From contig OZ024745.1 in the NCBI GenBank assembly GCA_964016885.1, positions 63,612,001-63,676,000 on the forward strand: 64,000 nucleotides of DNA, given 5' to 3'. Position numbers and translations under genes: made by a program. Below, one piece after another: positions 1 to 14,817 of this stretch. Each line of letters begins with the position of its first letter. Positions within the stretch are counted from its first letter, which is position 1. This DNA is from Eledone cirrhosa (taxonomy: Eukaryota). The notes under the pieces are model-generated. The model saw nothing but the letters and a program-made list of their open reading frames with translations, had not been told where the DNA came from and did no database searches.

Positions 1-37
<37 letters not shown>

Positions 38-123
38 CGAAGGAAGTGTGGTAAAGAACCAGGTGGACCATACAAGCAGCAGAGTAGTCAATACTTAGTA
101 GTAGAGTTGGTAATAGGAAAATG

Positions 124-252
124 TTCAAGACCCCAACGGCAGAGCTCAAGCCGTCTCGATGGCTATTTCTGGACTCACAAATAGTCAGTGTAGAATATTC
201 AGTCCAGAAATAGTCGTCGAAATGGCTTGAGCTCTGCCGCCGGGATCTTGAA
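124..252. repeat. ~52-bp-arm inverted repeat carrying the 3' half of a hammerhead motif (PLE pseudo-LTR fold-back)
   Basis: 124-175 is the reverse complement of 201-252. Consensus GAAACGGC-ttgagctct-GCCGTC. A related copy lies at 34139-34180. Confidence 0.7.
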
Positions 253-256
253 TGTT

Positions 257-1892
<1,636 letters not shown>

Positions 1893-2182
1893 GTAATAAT
1901 AATAAATTTGAAGACTAAAATCCAAAGAGGGCTCGATAAGGATAAATATATATCAAATCTATAAGAACCATTGGGTTCTGTATGGGCGTGCGGGTTTGTT
2001 TTTGTTTTTTTTTGTGTACGTGCCTGTATTTGTATACCTATGGCGAATGTTTTCGCGTATGCTTGTGTATGTACGTATAGGATGAGTGTATGTATTTATT
2101 TAATTTCAATTACCTCCGTATTTTATTTACTTTATTCTTAACTCTGAAGCCGAGAATCATTCGGTTTCCTATTTAGAATTTT

Positions 2183-2452
2183 AGTCTACGACTTCAGTTA
2201 TACCATTTACGTGGTTTTGACTTTGCGTGCAATCGTTCTCCCCGCTCCACATATGACGTATTATCTTCGTTTTTTCCGTTTATTGCCAGAGAACGTCTCT
2301 ATGAACAACCTAATAGAATATTAGTGTACGACTTCTTTTATACCATAAACATGGTTTTGTCTTCGCGTGTAATTGTTTTTCCCCGCTCCAAATAATGACG
2401 TATTATATTCGTTTTTTCCCGTTCTTTGCCAGGGATCGTTTCCACGAACCAA
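2183..2452. repeat. Two diverged tandem copies of a ~140-bp unit inside the PLE 5' region
   Basis: TACGACTTC..ATACCAT..TGGTTTTG..CCCCGCTCCA..ATGACGTATTAT..TTCGTTTTTTCCGTT occurs at ~2185 and ~2325. Confidence 0.8.
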
Positions 2453-2740
2453 AGTATCGTCTTCCTGTCTTCCTCCGGTTGCAACGTTTTTTGAAATATT
2501 CAATTCTGCGTTCACAGATTGACTTTGTTAATTTCAGAAAATCCCGTTAAGGGTGAAAGCAGCGATTCTTTGCTTAAACCTTAATCTGTTATTTTAATAA
2601 ATATTTGCTCTATGGTTCTTATATATTTGATATATATTTATCCTTATCGAGCCCTCTTTGGATTTTAGTCTTCACATTTATTATTATTACTATTTGGCTC
2701 CCTTGGTTGAGCACTCTATTGACTTATATTCATTAAGCAG

Positions 2741-3937
2741 AAACAACATCTGAATATTTCTACAAAGAACATACCCGTACCAAGCAGGAAAACATACCTA
2801 AAACTCCTGATACAGAAAACAGGCGCGTTCATTAAAATGTTGCGTAGGCGTGCCTTTTATTTCGATAATCAGGGAAAAGCAGACAACAAACAGGGTAAAT
2901 TTGGGTTTAAAACCTATATTAACCCTCCGAGTAACCCAGCATTGCTACCCTCCGAAAATGATGTCTTGGAACTCATACGGAGTATCAAATTTCGGAATAG
3001 GAGCAATTCCTTTCAGCAGGACCTGAATAATAGAATTCGTTCTGTTAAGGATTCTAATGCCGTGCAAGTCCATTCCGACAAAACTGGCAACCTATATCAA
3101 GTGGAGTGCAGTACTTACCACCAACTGCTACATAATGGTGTAACTAAGGATTACCGTAAAACTAATCGGAACGTCATTAATGAAATCAACGATGCTGGGT
3201 TTAAAATTACCTCTGATCTCAACATCCTGGACCGGACTGAACCTCTGGACCCTGTTTCTCCCCACTTTACCCTGAATGATCACAAATCCAAATCTCCGAA
3301 CAACTCCTCTATTCGGCTTATTAACCCTACGAAGTCCGATTTAGGTAGACTTAGTAAAAGGATTCTTGATAGAATTATACCTGAAATTAGAAGTTTGGCC
3401 CCACTTGCACTGTGGAACAATTCTTTCGCGGTGATTGATTGGTTCAACGGCATATGCAACAAGAAACATCGTCGTTTTATCCAATTCGACATCAATCATT
3501 ACTACTCCTCCATCACTTTACCACTTCTCCTTAGAGCTATCAATCTCGCTAAAACACTCACAGTGATTAAGGATTTCGAAGTTGATGTCATCCTCAATGC
3601 CCGTAAGTCGGTGATTAATTTCGACGACTCTATTTGGATTAAAAAATCTAATAGTACCCCATTCGACGTGAGTATGGGCGCTAGCGATTCTGCGGAGGTT
3701 ACTGATCTTATCGAACTTTTCCTTCTTTTCTCTATCAAGGAAGAATTCACCAACGTGGGCGGTGGTTTGTACCGTGATGATGGTCTTTTGACCATAACTA
3801 AGTGCGGCCCACGTGCTTGCGACATGTTCAGAAAAGAACTCACAGCCTTGTTTAAAGGCTTCAACCCCTCCATACAGGTTGAGGCCAACCTCTCGGTCGT
3901 TAATTACCTTACATTTATTATGTTTATCATTGACTGA
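2741..3937 (+). pseudogene. PLE reverse transcriptase, truncated after the RT core
   Basis: Motifs STKNIP, RRRAFYF, SDKTGNLY, RLINPTKSDLG, FDINHYYSSI, FDVSMGASDSAE, GLYRDDGL. The frame is open ~32 codons upstream of the annotated ATG at 2837. Confidence 0.92.
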
Positions 3938-3957
3938 CGAACGGTTAAAAATCACAG

Positions 3958-3995
<38 letters not shown>

Positions 3996-4000
<5 letters not shown>

Positions 4001-5181
4001 AACAAAATTCTTTCGTTGCACCTCTGCAACATCATCAGTGGTACTATTATCATGTTTTCTCCTATTGTATTGTATTGTAATGTTTACGCCATATTTATTT
4101 AATTAATTAATTTTTTTATTTGTGTCTCCCTCCCTGCGCATTCGTTTGCGTGTGTGTATGATGTTTGGTGTGTGTGTTCGCATTTGAGTGCATGTGGTTT
4201 GGTTTTTGTATTCTATCTTTTTTTACTTGTGTGTGTTTATGTGTTTGTTTTTATTGTGCTTGTGTATATATTTATTTATTTATTTATATTTCCCTTAAGT
4301 CAGTACTGTTTGTTTGGGTATGGTTGTTGTTGCTATTCCATTCGTTTTTCCTGTTCAACTTTGGTTTTCTAAGCTCTATTCCACATTTGCCTACCTGTTG
4401 GATCATTTCTATGTTTAGATATTATTTTAATTTATATGTTGTCTATATTACCGTCAAGTCTTTATCTGGCGTGTTCGTTTAGTACTAAACCGTTTTATTT
4501 TTGTCCTTTTAATTCCCCCCAGTGTTGGTCTATTCTTTCTCCTATGCTTTGAGCTGTCTCACCTATGTATGTCGTTGTCATGTTTCTGCAAGGACCCTCT
4601 GTACATGTTATGCTTAAGATTACATTTCTAGTTTTAAAGTGTATCTGGGGGTTCGCTTTACATATAACACATTTTTTATTAGTACAGTGGGTTTTCTTAA
4701 AGGGGTATGTTTTGCTGATCAGGGATCTTATGGTAGTTCCAGGCTTTTCTACCACTTTAAACTTTAAGTGGGACTTTCTTAGGACCTTTCACATTGGTTA
4801 GCTAATTTCCCCCCAGATGTAGCATACACGAATATGACACTCTGATATCTCTGGTTGTCGTACCATGAAGTGGCTTACCCTATCTTATGTTTAGTCCTAT
4901 CTAAGCTATTCCATGATTTGCCCCTGTATAATGGGTAATTTCCTTTCATGTCAATTTCTATGAGGGTCTTATATTTCTCCGTGGCTCCTTTGTATACTCT
5001 GATTCTGTCTCTTTGGTTGTAGCCAGAGAACTGCATGCGGTTGATGAAGTCTTTCCATTTCAGTTGGGTCACACATGCGGGACACGTTCTTCATCACTCG
5101 TACCAAGTCTGCGATCAGAATAGTAAACTTAGCACTATTGGGCATTACTGAGTTTTTGAGTATCAGGTATTTGGAAGCCAT
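3996..5181 (-). mobile_element. Second PLE family, 5'-truncated: RT thumb/linker + GIY-YIG endonuclease remnant + 3' pLTR
   Basis: Frameshifted fragments FINRMQFSGY..PLYRGKSW, VVEKPG, CxxxxCxxC, YIGETAQSIGERIDQH. HHR at its 3' end. Confidence 0.88.
4001..4042 (-). ncRNA. Minimal type I hammerhead ribozyme motif
   Basis: Minus strand ACCA-CTGATGA-T-GTTGCA-gagg-TGCAAC-GAAA-GAAT-T-T-TGTT; perfect 6-bp stem II. Confidence 0.8.
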
Positions 5182-5370
5182 CGGTTTAGCTTAGTGGCAA
5201 ATAAATTAACTATGGAGATATAAAAGATACAGAACTGATACAGTGATCAGACAGCTATCACCAACACAGGCTTTATAACTAGCTGGTTATTAGAATATCA
5301 AAGCCCCGTCGTCACACAATCTGCGTGTGTTCCTCCCCTTGGTAACATGGCCTAGCCAAAGTTTATATAT

Positions 5371-5790
<420 letters not shown>

Positions 5791-5889
5791 ATATATATAT
5801 ATATATATGATAATAATGGAGCTGCGGCGCTGCAAATGGGTTACATATGAAAAAGTTTGTCCTCATCAGTGGCCTTCAAAGCCCTTAAA

Positions 5890-6047
<158 letters not shown>

Positions 6048-7408
6048 ATTATAGCCTGTGTACTCCCTTAAAGTTTAATATAGACTATTTTTACATTAAA
6101 TTTATGCAGTCGTCTTTTACATATATATACTGCTTTAGAAAGTGTTGAAATTGACACAACACTAATATAATAACTTATCAATAAACCGGATAAAATGGAT
6201 AACAAATTAATAAAAGTAGGACAATAAATTACACTAATAATACCAAAGATTTTACTCATCACATCACATTTCTTTCTACAAAAATATTTAAATAAGGCTA
6301 CCTAGCTCTCAAAATGATTTCCATTTGTGTAGATCAAGGCGCAGTTTCCTCATTGTAACACTTAATGGGAGATACTACATTGATGTGTAATCTGTAAAGA
6401 GAAAGAATTGACTTTTACAGGAGCAATATGGAAAAATTGACAGTAACGAACTGGGTTCGATTTAATCGACTTTCCACTACCCAAAAATTGTTGGCCATGT
6501 GCCTAAATCAGAAACCAGTATTATTATCATTAGTGGGAGAGAGAGAGAGAGGGAGGAGCGTTAGTGAGGGAGTAAGTAGAATCATCGAAGTCAGTGTTAC
6601 AGCATATATACAAACTCGTTAGATCTGATGTGATGTGGAAGAAGAATCGGGTCCCGTCATTTTGATTGCACACTGAGCTGATCGATATCGAAACAATTGT
6701 AATATGTCAATAAAGTTTGTACCTATGCTGCAACACTGACTTCGAGTCTACGTACTCTATTCACACTCTGAATACTACAGCCACCTTAACTCTGGAATAC
6801 AACCCAACTCGAGACAGACCTCGTAAAAGCATTGAGTACTTCGGACGACGCACCGCCTGTAAATGTATATATATAAATATGTAAAATAAATATATATATA
6901 TAAATATGTAAAAATAAATTATCGAGAATCGGAATTTCGGCCCACGAAATAACGAAACACAATCTTCGAAATTCGGGTCAGACAAATAATAATATAAAAG
7001 AATGAAAAATCTTTACCCGGACCCGCTAGAATGATGGTAAATTCCAGCTTTTTGGTTACCGTCAGCTTACATAAAAAATATTCGGCTTCTGGTAGAAAGA
7101 TGAACGAGGAAAACCTCTTTCTCAACAGGCATTTCGTTCAAACATACAGAAGAACCCGTTACTAAATCCACGTGGGGTTTAGCAAGGGAGGGAACCCCTA
7201 TATTAGGCGAATGAATTCGGCAGTGTATATATTTGTAAAAATACAAAATATCACATATCGAATTAGAGTTCTCAACAGACGGGTTAAAATTAACATGAGC
7301 TATTCATCAGTCAATAAGATCAACTAAAAAATCAATAAAATTAACTAGTCAATAGCTAAAGACTGGAGATAAATACAAATAAATATATAAATATGTATAT
7401 ATATATAA

Positions 7409-7481
<73 letters not shown>

Positions 7482-7521
7482 TATATATATAAATATGTAT
7501 ATATATATATATATATATATA

Positions 7522-7564
<43 letters not shown>

Positions 7565-7600
7565 TATATATATCAATATGTATATATATATATATATATA

Positions 7601-7644
<44 letters not shown>

Positions 7645-7648
7645 TATA

Positions 7649-7768
<120 letters not shown>

Positions 7769-8317
7769 TGTATGTGTTGGTAAGCACGTAAAAACTATAT
7801 CTTTTTCTGTTCAGCTCTTCGCTTTCCTCTCCAACACGAGATCCCACTTCACTCTGTCACAGTGGACATTGACCAACTATGATTACTTTCAGCCCTTCCC
7901 TCTTACCCACCTCTCCTTATGTGTATATTCTTAACAACACTCCTCTATCAGTTCCACTCCTCCCGGCAACCGATCTTATTGACATTCAACAAACTCTCCT
8001 TTGAAATGGCTATATCAGTCTCTGTTTAACTCATCACTATTTTCCCTACCAACACACTTCACTGTGTCAATCTGTCCACCGACCTAGTATTTGCACCCAA
8101 AGTACAATTATAAACCCCAACACCCCAAAGATTAATATTTTAAAAATATATCTTATACTATACTCAAAGAAATTGCTGTGGTGTTACGTTTGCTTCGCAA
8201 CAATGATTCTATGTTCGTTCCTAATGCGCAACACCTTTTCAAGTAAGTTTCAATATAGTTTAATTTGATCAACAATCCGTAAGGCAAGGAAATCCGTAGT
8301 ATATATATATATATGTA

Positions 8318-8393
<76 letters not shown>

Positions 8394-10416
8394 TAATTAG
8401 GTGTGTGTGTATGTCTGTGTGTGTGTGTGCGTGTTGCTGTATTTGTTTCGGGTCTCTCAAATCTAGGCGTAGTCAATTTTGCTTTTCATATTTTCGGAGT
8501 CAGTAAACAAATCACAAGTCTAAACCAAACTAGAGTGGTGGAGTGCGGAACTATTAAAGCGTCAGATGGAATACTTTATAGCATTTCGTCATCTCCCATA
8601 AAACCTTTGCTCTGACAGCACTTCAGGGGGTGAATTTTCAGGTGCAGTTCCATGGATATCCCGTCTCTCTATCTATTTAGAGACACACTTACAAACATAC
8701 ATATGCACCGGTGTGTGTATGTGTGCGTGTGTGTTTGTATGTGTGTGAGTGTGCGTGCGTCTGTGGTTATTTTTAGGCCAGTTAAGACCAGTATTATTGT
8801 TTATGCTTTGCAAATTAGCAGTTTGATAAATAATTACTGAAGTAAATACCGATGTCAATATATATCTATGAAACCGTGTTCACAGGATTTCAATGTGGTC
8901 GCAGTCGAATGACGGAAATCAATTTCAAAAATAAAATAACATAAAATCTCTTTGCATAAATATCCGACATCCCACTCCCTCTCCCCTCACGACATATATT
9001 CTGAGTTTCAAGAAACCCGTTAACAATATTATACTCCTTCTCTGATAATGGGTTGGTTCCGAAACGTAACTCTCCTCTTCTCACCACGACGTATGTGCGA
9101 ATCTAGATGTTACTAAACGCTTCAATTTTTGAATACGTTGCTGTCTCAACTTAATCAGTTCTGATTAAATATAGTGGCCTATGATCAAATATATTCTACC
9201 CGTAGCCACACTATCTATTTTATTTTTTCGGTCATTTATAGAATACTTCACTATATATTGTGCCTTTCGTCGTTGGGTATGAGCGAGAAAACGATGGTAT
9301 ATATCGCTGTAATATAGTAATTAACTTTCCCCGAAAAACATATAGTTATCTCCGTCAGCTAAACCAATCAAATTAACACGTAATTAAACTTTCTATCTGA
9401 ACTCACTCTCAAGGTCCTTCCGTGAACTATATGTGCTGTTGTGTAGTGCCTAATTTGTAGGGAATTATATCAATTCTTGTGTCTGCCTCATGAAGGATGA
9501 CATGCAGATCTAAAGAACGACTAAAACATTTTTGTTTTGTTTATTCATTTAATAACTTACCGTTCTTTAAATATGATATATAACATCAACTGTTTATGAT
9601 GAATTTTATCAATTGCTTCTGCAACCTATATAATTTTCATTGGTTTCACCTACGTAGTATCACGGTATAGAATTCCAATCAATATGCTATTTATCAACCA
9701 CTTCGCATACACGCTTTCATACATGCAATTAGGCAGAAAGTCATACAACATACAGAATTCATAATTTTATAAATTAACATTTGCTCTTTCTAAACCTCTT
9801 AAAAGTTAAATATTAACGAAATTCTTCAAAGTTTTTGAGTATATAAAATCATTAATTGAATAATAATAAAAAATACTTTAATACAGAAATCAGGAAATTA
9901 ATCCATTTATTCTTTTACTTGTGTCATCATTTATTCTACATATGCATCAGTAGTTTTCTTCAAGTTCTTTTTTATTTGTAAATTTTGTCTTCATGGAAGG
10001 TACGCTGTAGTAGCAAAAGTACACAGATTGTCAATTGAACATTTTAATATACATATGTTGAAAGGGAAAATGTTTGCCTAAGAATGTTTTGCCTACGTTA
10101 GTCTTCACTGCTAGATTTAAGGGGCTTAAAATTTTGTTTAGTTTTGGTGTTGGGTATATATTTAATTTTACCTTCGAGCACATTATCTGTCAGTGCATTA
10201 TTAGTGTAGGGGTTTTGCCTTATCTAATATCACCTTGCAGACCACATGTGCAATATTTTCAAAGATTACTGGTGGGTGAATATAAATACGAATACACACA
10301 CACATATATATATATATTTATATATATATATATATAAATATATACATATATATATACATATATATATATGTGAGTGTGTGTATGTATATATACATACACA
10401 TACAAATACACACGCG

Positions 10417-10553
<137 letters not shown>

Positions 10554-10639
10554 AAAAGGTAAACAGAAATAACTACACAATCGGTACAGTATATGGAAGG
10601 AATATATTAGGTTAACGCTTGAAATAGCAGAAAGAGAGT

Positions 10640-10673
10640 CTTAACGTTTCGAACGCTTGTCCTTCATCAGAAA
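10640..10673 (-). ncRNA. Minimal type I hammerhead ribozyme motif
   Basis: Minus strand TTT-CTGATGA-A-GGAC-aagc-GTTC-GAAACGT-T-AAG; palindromic ACGT stem III. Confidence 0.75.
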
Positions 10674-10674
10674 A

Positions 10675-11130
10675 AAAGAATAAGAAATAAGATAGATTGG
10701 GGGACGGGCGGTTTGGAAATAACAGATCCATTCATGTTGACATCTCTTGGAAAACTGTTGGTGCTGGCGTTTTGTGTATGATTTATTATTTTTAGAATAT
10801 ATAAATAATAGCTTATGAAATCGTCTAAAATAGTCTTAAAGACAGAATGAATGTGGTTAGCCACCTTTGCGAGTAATCGGATTCCGTACTTCTCAAATTC
10901 TGGAATTACAGATCTGCAGTAAGTAGTATAACCATATATTTCATACATATTTCCCTTCTGATAATATGTGTTATCAAAGCTATATGCACACCATTTTTTT
11001 CTTATCTTGAAAATGTATGATTCCATTCTGGGTTTAAATCGACTATTCATTGACCCATACTTTAAGTCACAGGTCTATTTTCTTAGTTCACGAAACCCAT
11101 GCATATTCGACTTGCCTGTGACACATAGCT
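10675..11130 (-). pseudogene. Highly decayed PLE RT-like remnant upstream of the HHR
   Basis: SFDNTYYQKG, ILDDFI and SFPRDVNMNG..KP loosely resemble PLE RT motifs; adjacent to an HHR. Confidence 0.4.
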
Positions 11131-12434
11131 TTATATATATATATATATAATAAAGTGTGATAGTTTGCTTGAAGCATTGTGAAATATGAAGATGAGATGT
11201 GGGTATATTTAGAACCCTGTACAATGTAAGTGGGGGAAGAAGGAAAATAAAAGAAAATAACATAAAGAATGTTGGAAAGTTACCTTACCAATTTATTAGT
11301 GTCAAAGCATTTCGGATTTACTATCTATTACCAAGTGCGGTCCGTATGGGAGATTCGGCGAACTTCTCGGTAGCAGTTTATTTTTTTCAAATTTCTGTGC
11401 TGTTAGGATTAAACATACGCAGGCAGGTAAACATAGTGTAATGTTGCTAATGTATGCATGTATCGGTGTGAGTATGTATGTAAGAACGTGTGTGCGTGTG
11501 TGAAAGTCTGTATATGATGTGTGTGTGCACACGTAAATGCATACACAAATGTAGGCGCGAGGTCATTTCTCTTCAGTCTTGTGGAGGGGGCTGGAGGGCT
11601 CCATGTAAAATATCCTCACACGAAAACTGTTCCTCTCAAACACCTCGTTAAAATAAATTGGTAATTCATCTAATAGTACCTTGTTATAATGAATTGGTAA
11701 TTCATATACTAATTTTTTTCACTATTCTGTCTACTTTTGTGCATGAAATTTCTATGAATTCAATATTGTCTCCTCGCGAAGCATTCTGTTTGTGTAATAC
11801 TCTTAGTCTAAAACAAAATCCAAGAAATTGACCGTAGTTAGACAGGTAGTGTAGATGTGTTTAAACTATATTCCTTACAGATGAATGTTAAGACACTCCA
11901 GGGCATCAGCTTTCATATTATTTTCTAAACGTCAAAGTTGTGGAGGGAGGGGCACTTTTTGAGGGATGTGCTTGACAAATTATCCAAAAAATAATTGAAA
12001 TCAGCTCCATCATAGACTCTTATAGAATATTTGTAAAATGAGGCCACCTCCCTGTTCTACATGTGTTGTACTATTGAATCGATAATATAATGCATAGAAT
12101 GTAGGCTGCCAGTTTATTGGGGGAATCCAGGATTCAATTATTCACAGTGTATGAGCAATTTCATCTCGTGTGCTTTTGTTGTTCAATTTACAAAGAAATA
12201 CGTGAATTTGGCCTGTTTATAAGTCAAAATACACAATGTATAAATATATATTCACATTCACGCAGCCCCATTTACGCCCAAACTTTAGAAATACTGATAT
12301 AATACCATTTTATTTTCTTGGGGGGGCTATTGGTCAGGTCAACAAGTCGATACTTTTCTATATAGATGTTCATATATATATATATATTAAAACTACCTTG
12401 ATTAAATCTTAACCATTTAACATCTCAGGGTATG

Positions 12435-12612
12435 TCGGCAGTATCGGTAGCGGGTCAGACGCTATGCTTTCCAGCAGAGTTACGGCCCTTTACAGTCTGA
12501 GTTCAAATCCCGCCGAGGTTTACTTTGCCTTTCATCCTTACGGGGTCGATAAAATAAAGTACCAGTAATGCACTGGGTAATTGCTGGCCTTGTGCCTAAA
12601 GTAGAAACAATT
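12435..12612 (+). mobile_element. tRNA-derived SINE (family A)
   Basis: A-box-like GGCAGTATCGGTAG, B-box GAGTTCAAATCCC, core GCCTTTCATCCTTACGGGGTCGATAAAATAAAGTACCAG, tail GGCCTTGTGCCTAAAGTAGAAACAATTAT. Confidence 0.9.
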
Positions 12613-12800
12613 ATATTTTGTCTGATGAGGACGTACTGTTGTACATCCGAAATATGTATAATAAATTGATCAAAAGAACATTTATTTTATTAATACTTAT
12701 ATTTTAATATTAATAACTCCAGAAAATTATTTTACCGTTGAGTGCTTCTAATCTACTGTAAAACTCATTCTTTGACATAATCATTGAATATTGTTTAACA
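12613..12800 (+). mobile_element. Solo PLE pseudo-LTR related to the 36235-42610 element; HHR at 12617-12665
   Basis: TTTGT-CTGATGA-GGACGTAC-tgtt-GTACATCC-GAAA-TATGTAT-A-ATAAA; the downstream sequence aligns with 42479-42620. Confidence 0.85.
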
Positions 12801-12859
12801 CTTGAATATATATATATATGTGTTTTTGTATATATATTTGTTTTTGTTTTTGTATACAT

Positions 12860-13022
12860 ATAATTGTTTCAACGTTTGGCACAAGGCCAGCAATTACCAG
12901 TGCATTACTGGTACTTTATTTTATCGACCCTGTAAGGATGAAAGGTAAAGTTAACATCGACGGAATTTGAACTCAGACGGTAAATGGGCGTAACTATGCT
13001 AGAAAGCATGGCGTCCAACCCT
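12860..13022 (-). mobile_element. SINE family A copy
   Basis: Reverse complement of the family A core and tail. Confidence 0.85.
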
Positions 13023-13234
13023 TTTGAATGATTGAAAGGTGTATATAGATATGTATTTATGCATACACACAAATATATGTAAATCACCATACCCCTATAA
13101 AAAGAGGAAAGACCACATTCGGCCACGATGGCTTCTTTCTGAGGCACAATCCCAACAAGTTGTTTTTGTAGAAGACTAGCCATCGTGCATGTATATATAG
13201 CATTCTCACCTCTCCTCACCACCGATGTTGCGCA

Positions 13235-13410
13235 AAGAAAAGTCATTTTAGCACCAGTGACGTCGCAACTCATTTCTCCAGCTAAGCGTACCATACCAAC
13301 AAGAAATAAAGTATCTTCCTCAAGGACACAATCAATCGCTGGGGCTGGGAATCGAAATCACAAGTTATGGATTGTAGACGCAACGCTCTAACTACTAAGC
13401 CACGCACCTT
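13235..13410 (-). mobile_element. Different tRNA-derived SINE (family B, CORE-like)
   Basis: Minus strand GTGGCTTAGTAGTTAGAGCG (A box), GATTTCGATTCCC (B box), then TGTGTCCTTGAGGAAGATACTT resembling the CORE-SINE domain. Confidence 0.65.
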
Positions 13411-13991
13411 CATGCACTTATATATAATATTAATATCAACGTAAGCATTTATATTATATGGATGCGGACGGACTTTCTCGCACATTCACTGTAATAATAT
13501 ATACTCTTCAAACACTCCTTTTAGGTCATTAATTGCCTTAAAGAAAACGTGAGCAGAACACTTCACACTTCCCTTTTCATATATATATATATATTTCACT
13601 CGTTATCTAATAAAAACAATTAAAGCACCAACGTACAGTGACGTACATGTTGAAGTTATTCACATATATTATACATATATGTGCGCATGCATGTTTCTGT
13701 GTGCTTGTATTTGTAAGTGTGAGCCTGTGTATGAAATTATTGAAATATATACACAAGAGCGCGTTCACACACATACAGGCACTCACTTATGTTAGCCCTC
13801 GAACACAAGTGTGCACATGTGTAAGTGTATATATGTGCCTGTGTGTGTATATTAGGTTTCATGTAAATGTGGTTATAAGTAATTTCCAATAGGGTATTTC
13901 TATCCACCGACCCTGTATATATATATGAGTGAGATCCATCATCTCGACAGTAGTCGACGAGTGATGATGATGATATATATATATATATATA

Positions 13992-14386
13992 TACGAGGGT
14001 AATCCCAAAAGTAAGGTCTCCAAAGCGATGGCGATGCAGAGAAACTGTTCGTACGGCTGTTGGCAACACTGTTGTGATTGGTGCTTCCTTCATTCCCAAA
14101 CAAGCATGCGCGCGCTTCAATGGGATGCTCAATGTTGGCTTGGCAGCCGTTGAGAATGGAGCTCTCGTTGAACGCTACCGCCAAGTGCGAATTTCGCGCA
14201 GTTATTATATACGAGGGCAATCCCAAAAGTAAGGTCTCCTTCCGAGGAAAACATGCGTAAAGATCGGCGGATCACTCTGGATGCTCTCTGCATTTTGGTT
14301 CCTGAGGTTTCCCGAAGCATCATCCACAGGATTTTAACGGGAAAGTTGCAATATCGGAACGAGCCATTACTTTTGGGATTGCCCTC

Positions 14387-14389
<3 letters not shown>
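13992..14389 (+). mobile_element. Mariner deletion derivatives: left-end fragment plus a complete 176-bp TIR-bounded mini element (14212-14387)
   Basis: TA-flanked TIR CGAGGG(T/C)AATCCCAAAAGTAA at 13994 and 14212, inverted copy ending 14387. Transposase pieces KCEFRAVI and [21 protein letters not shown]. Confidence 0.85.
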
Positions 14390-14447
<58 letters not shown>

Positions 14448-14449
<2 letters not shown>

Positions 14450-14817
14450 TATGTATACGTACATACATATATGTATACATACTACTGTATGTATATATAT
14501 ACATACATGCACACATATATATATATGTACGTATAGATTCACCGAACATTTATTATAATGCTCGGTGTGTTTGTAAACAAACATCCCGAATTAAGCCGTA
14601 CCTGGCTTAATTCGGGATGTTTGTTTACAAACACACCGAGCATTATAATAAATGTTCGGTGAATCCATACGTACATATATATATATGTGTGCATGTATGT
14701 ATATATATACATACTACTGTACGTCTGTATACATATATGTATGTACGTATACATACTTATATTTAAGTTACAGCCGTACTAAGAGTGAGAAATGAAATTT
14801 CGTTTCATTTTTTCCCT
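14448..14817. repeat. ~150-bp-arm palindrome (centre 14598-14603) with an extended right arm
   Basis: 14448-14597 is the near-perfect reverse complement of 14604-14757; same family as 5474-5790. Confidence 0.9.

Larger units (their letters stand above)
1893..3950 (+). mobile_element. Penelope-like retroelement (Naiad-type RT), 3'-truncated, with inverted pLTR segment
   Basis: 1893-1972 is the reverse complement of ~2610-2690. Degenerate HHR at 2535-2568, AATAAA near 2595, RT ORF follows. Flanked by (TA)n. Confidence 0.9.

Noticed and set aside
6624-6705. Possible hammerhead (CTGATGT...GAAACAATTGTA)
   Set aside because: Core mismatch, long unpaired insert and no convincing stem I.
13110-13145. 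Degenerate HHR-like strings here and at ~7255-7312, ~28765-28815, ~54590-54632
   Set aside because: Core substitutions or missing stems; cannot be separated from chance by eye.
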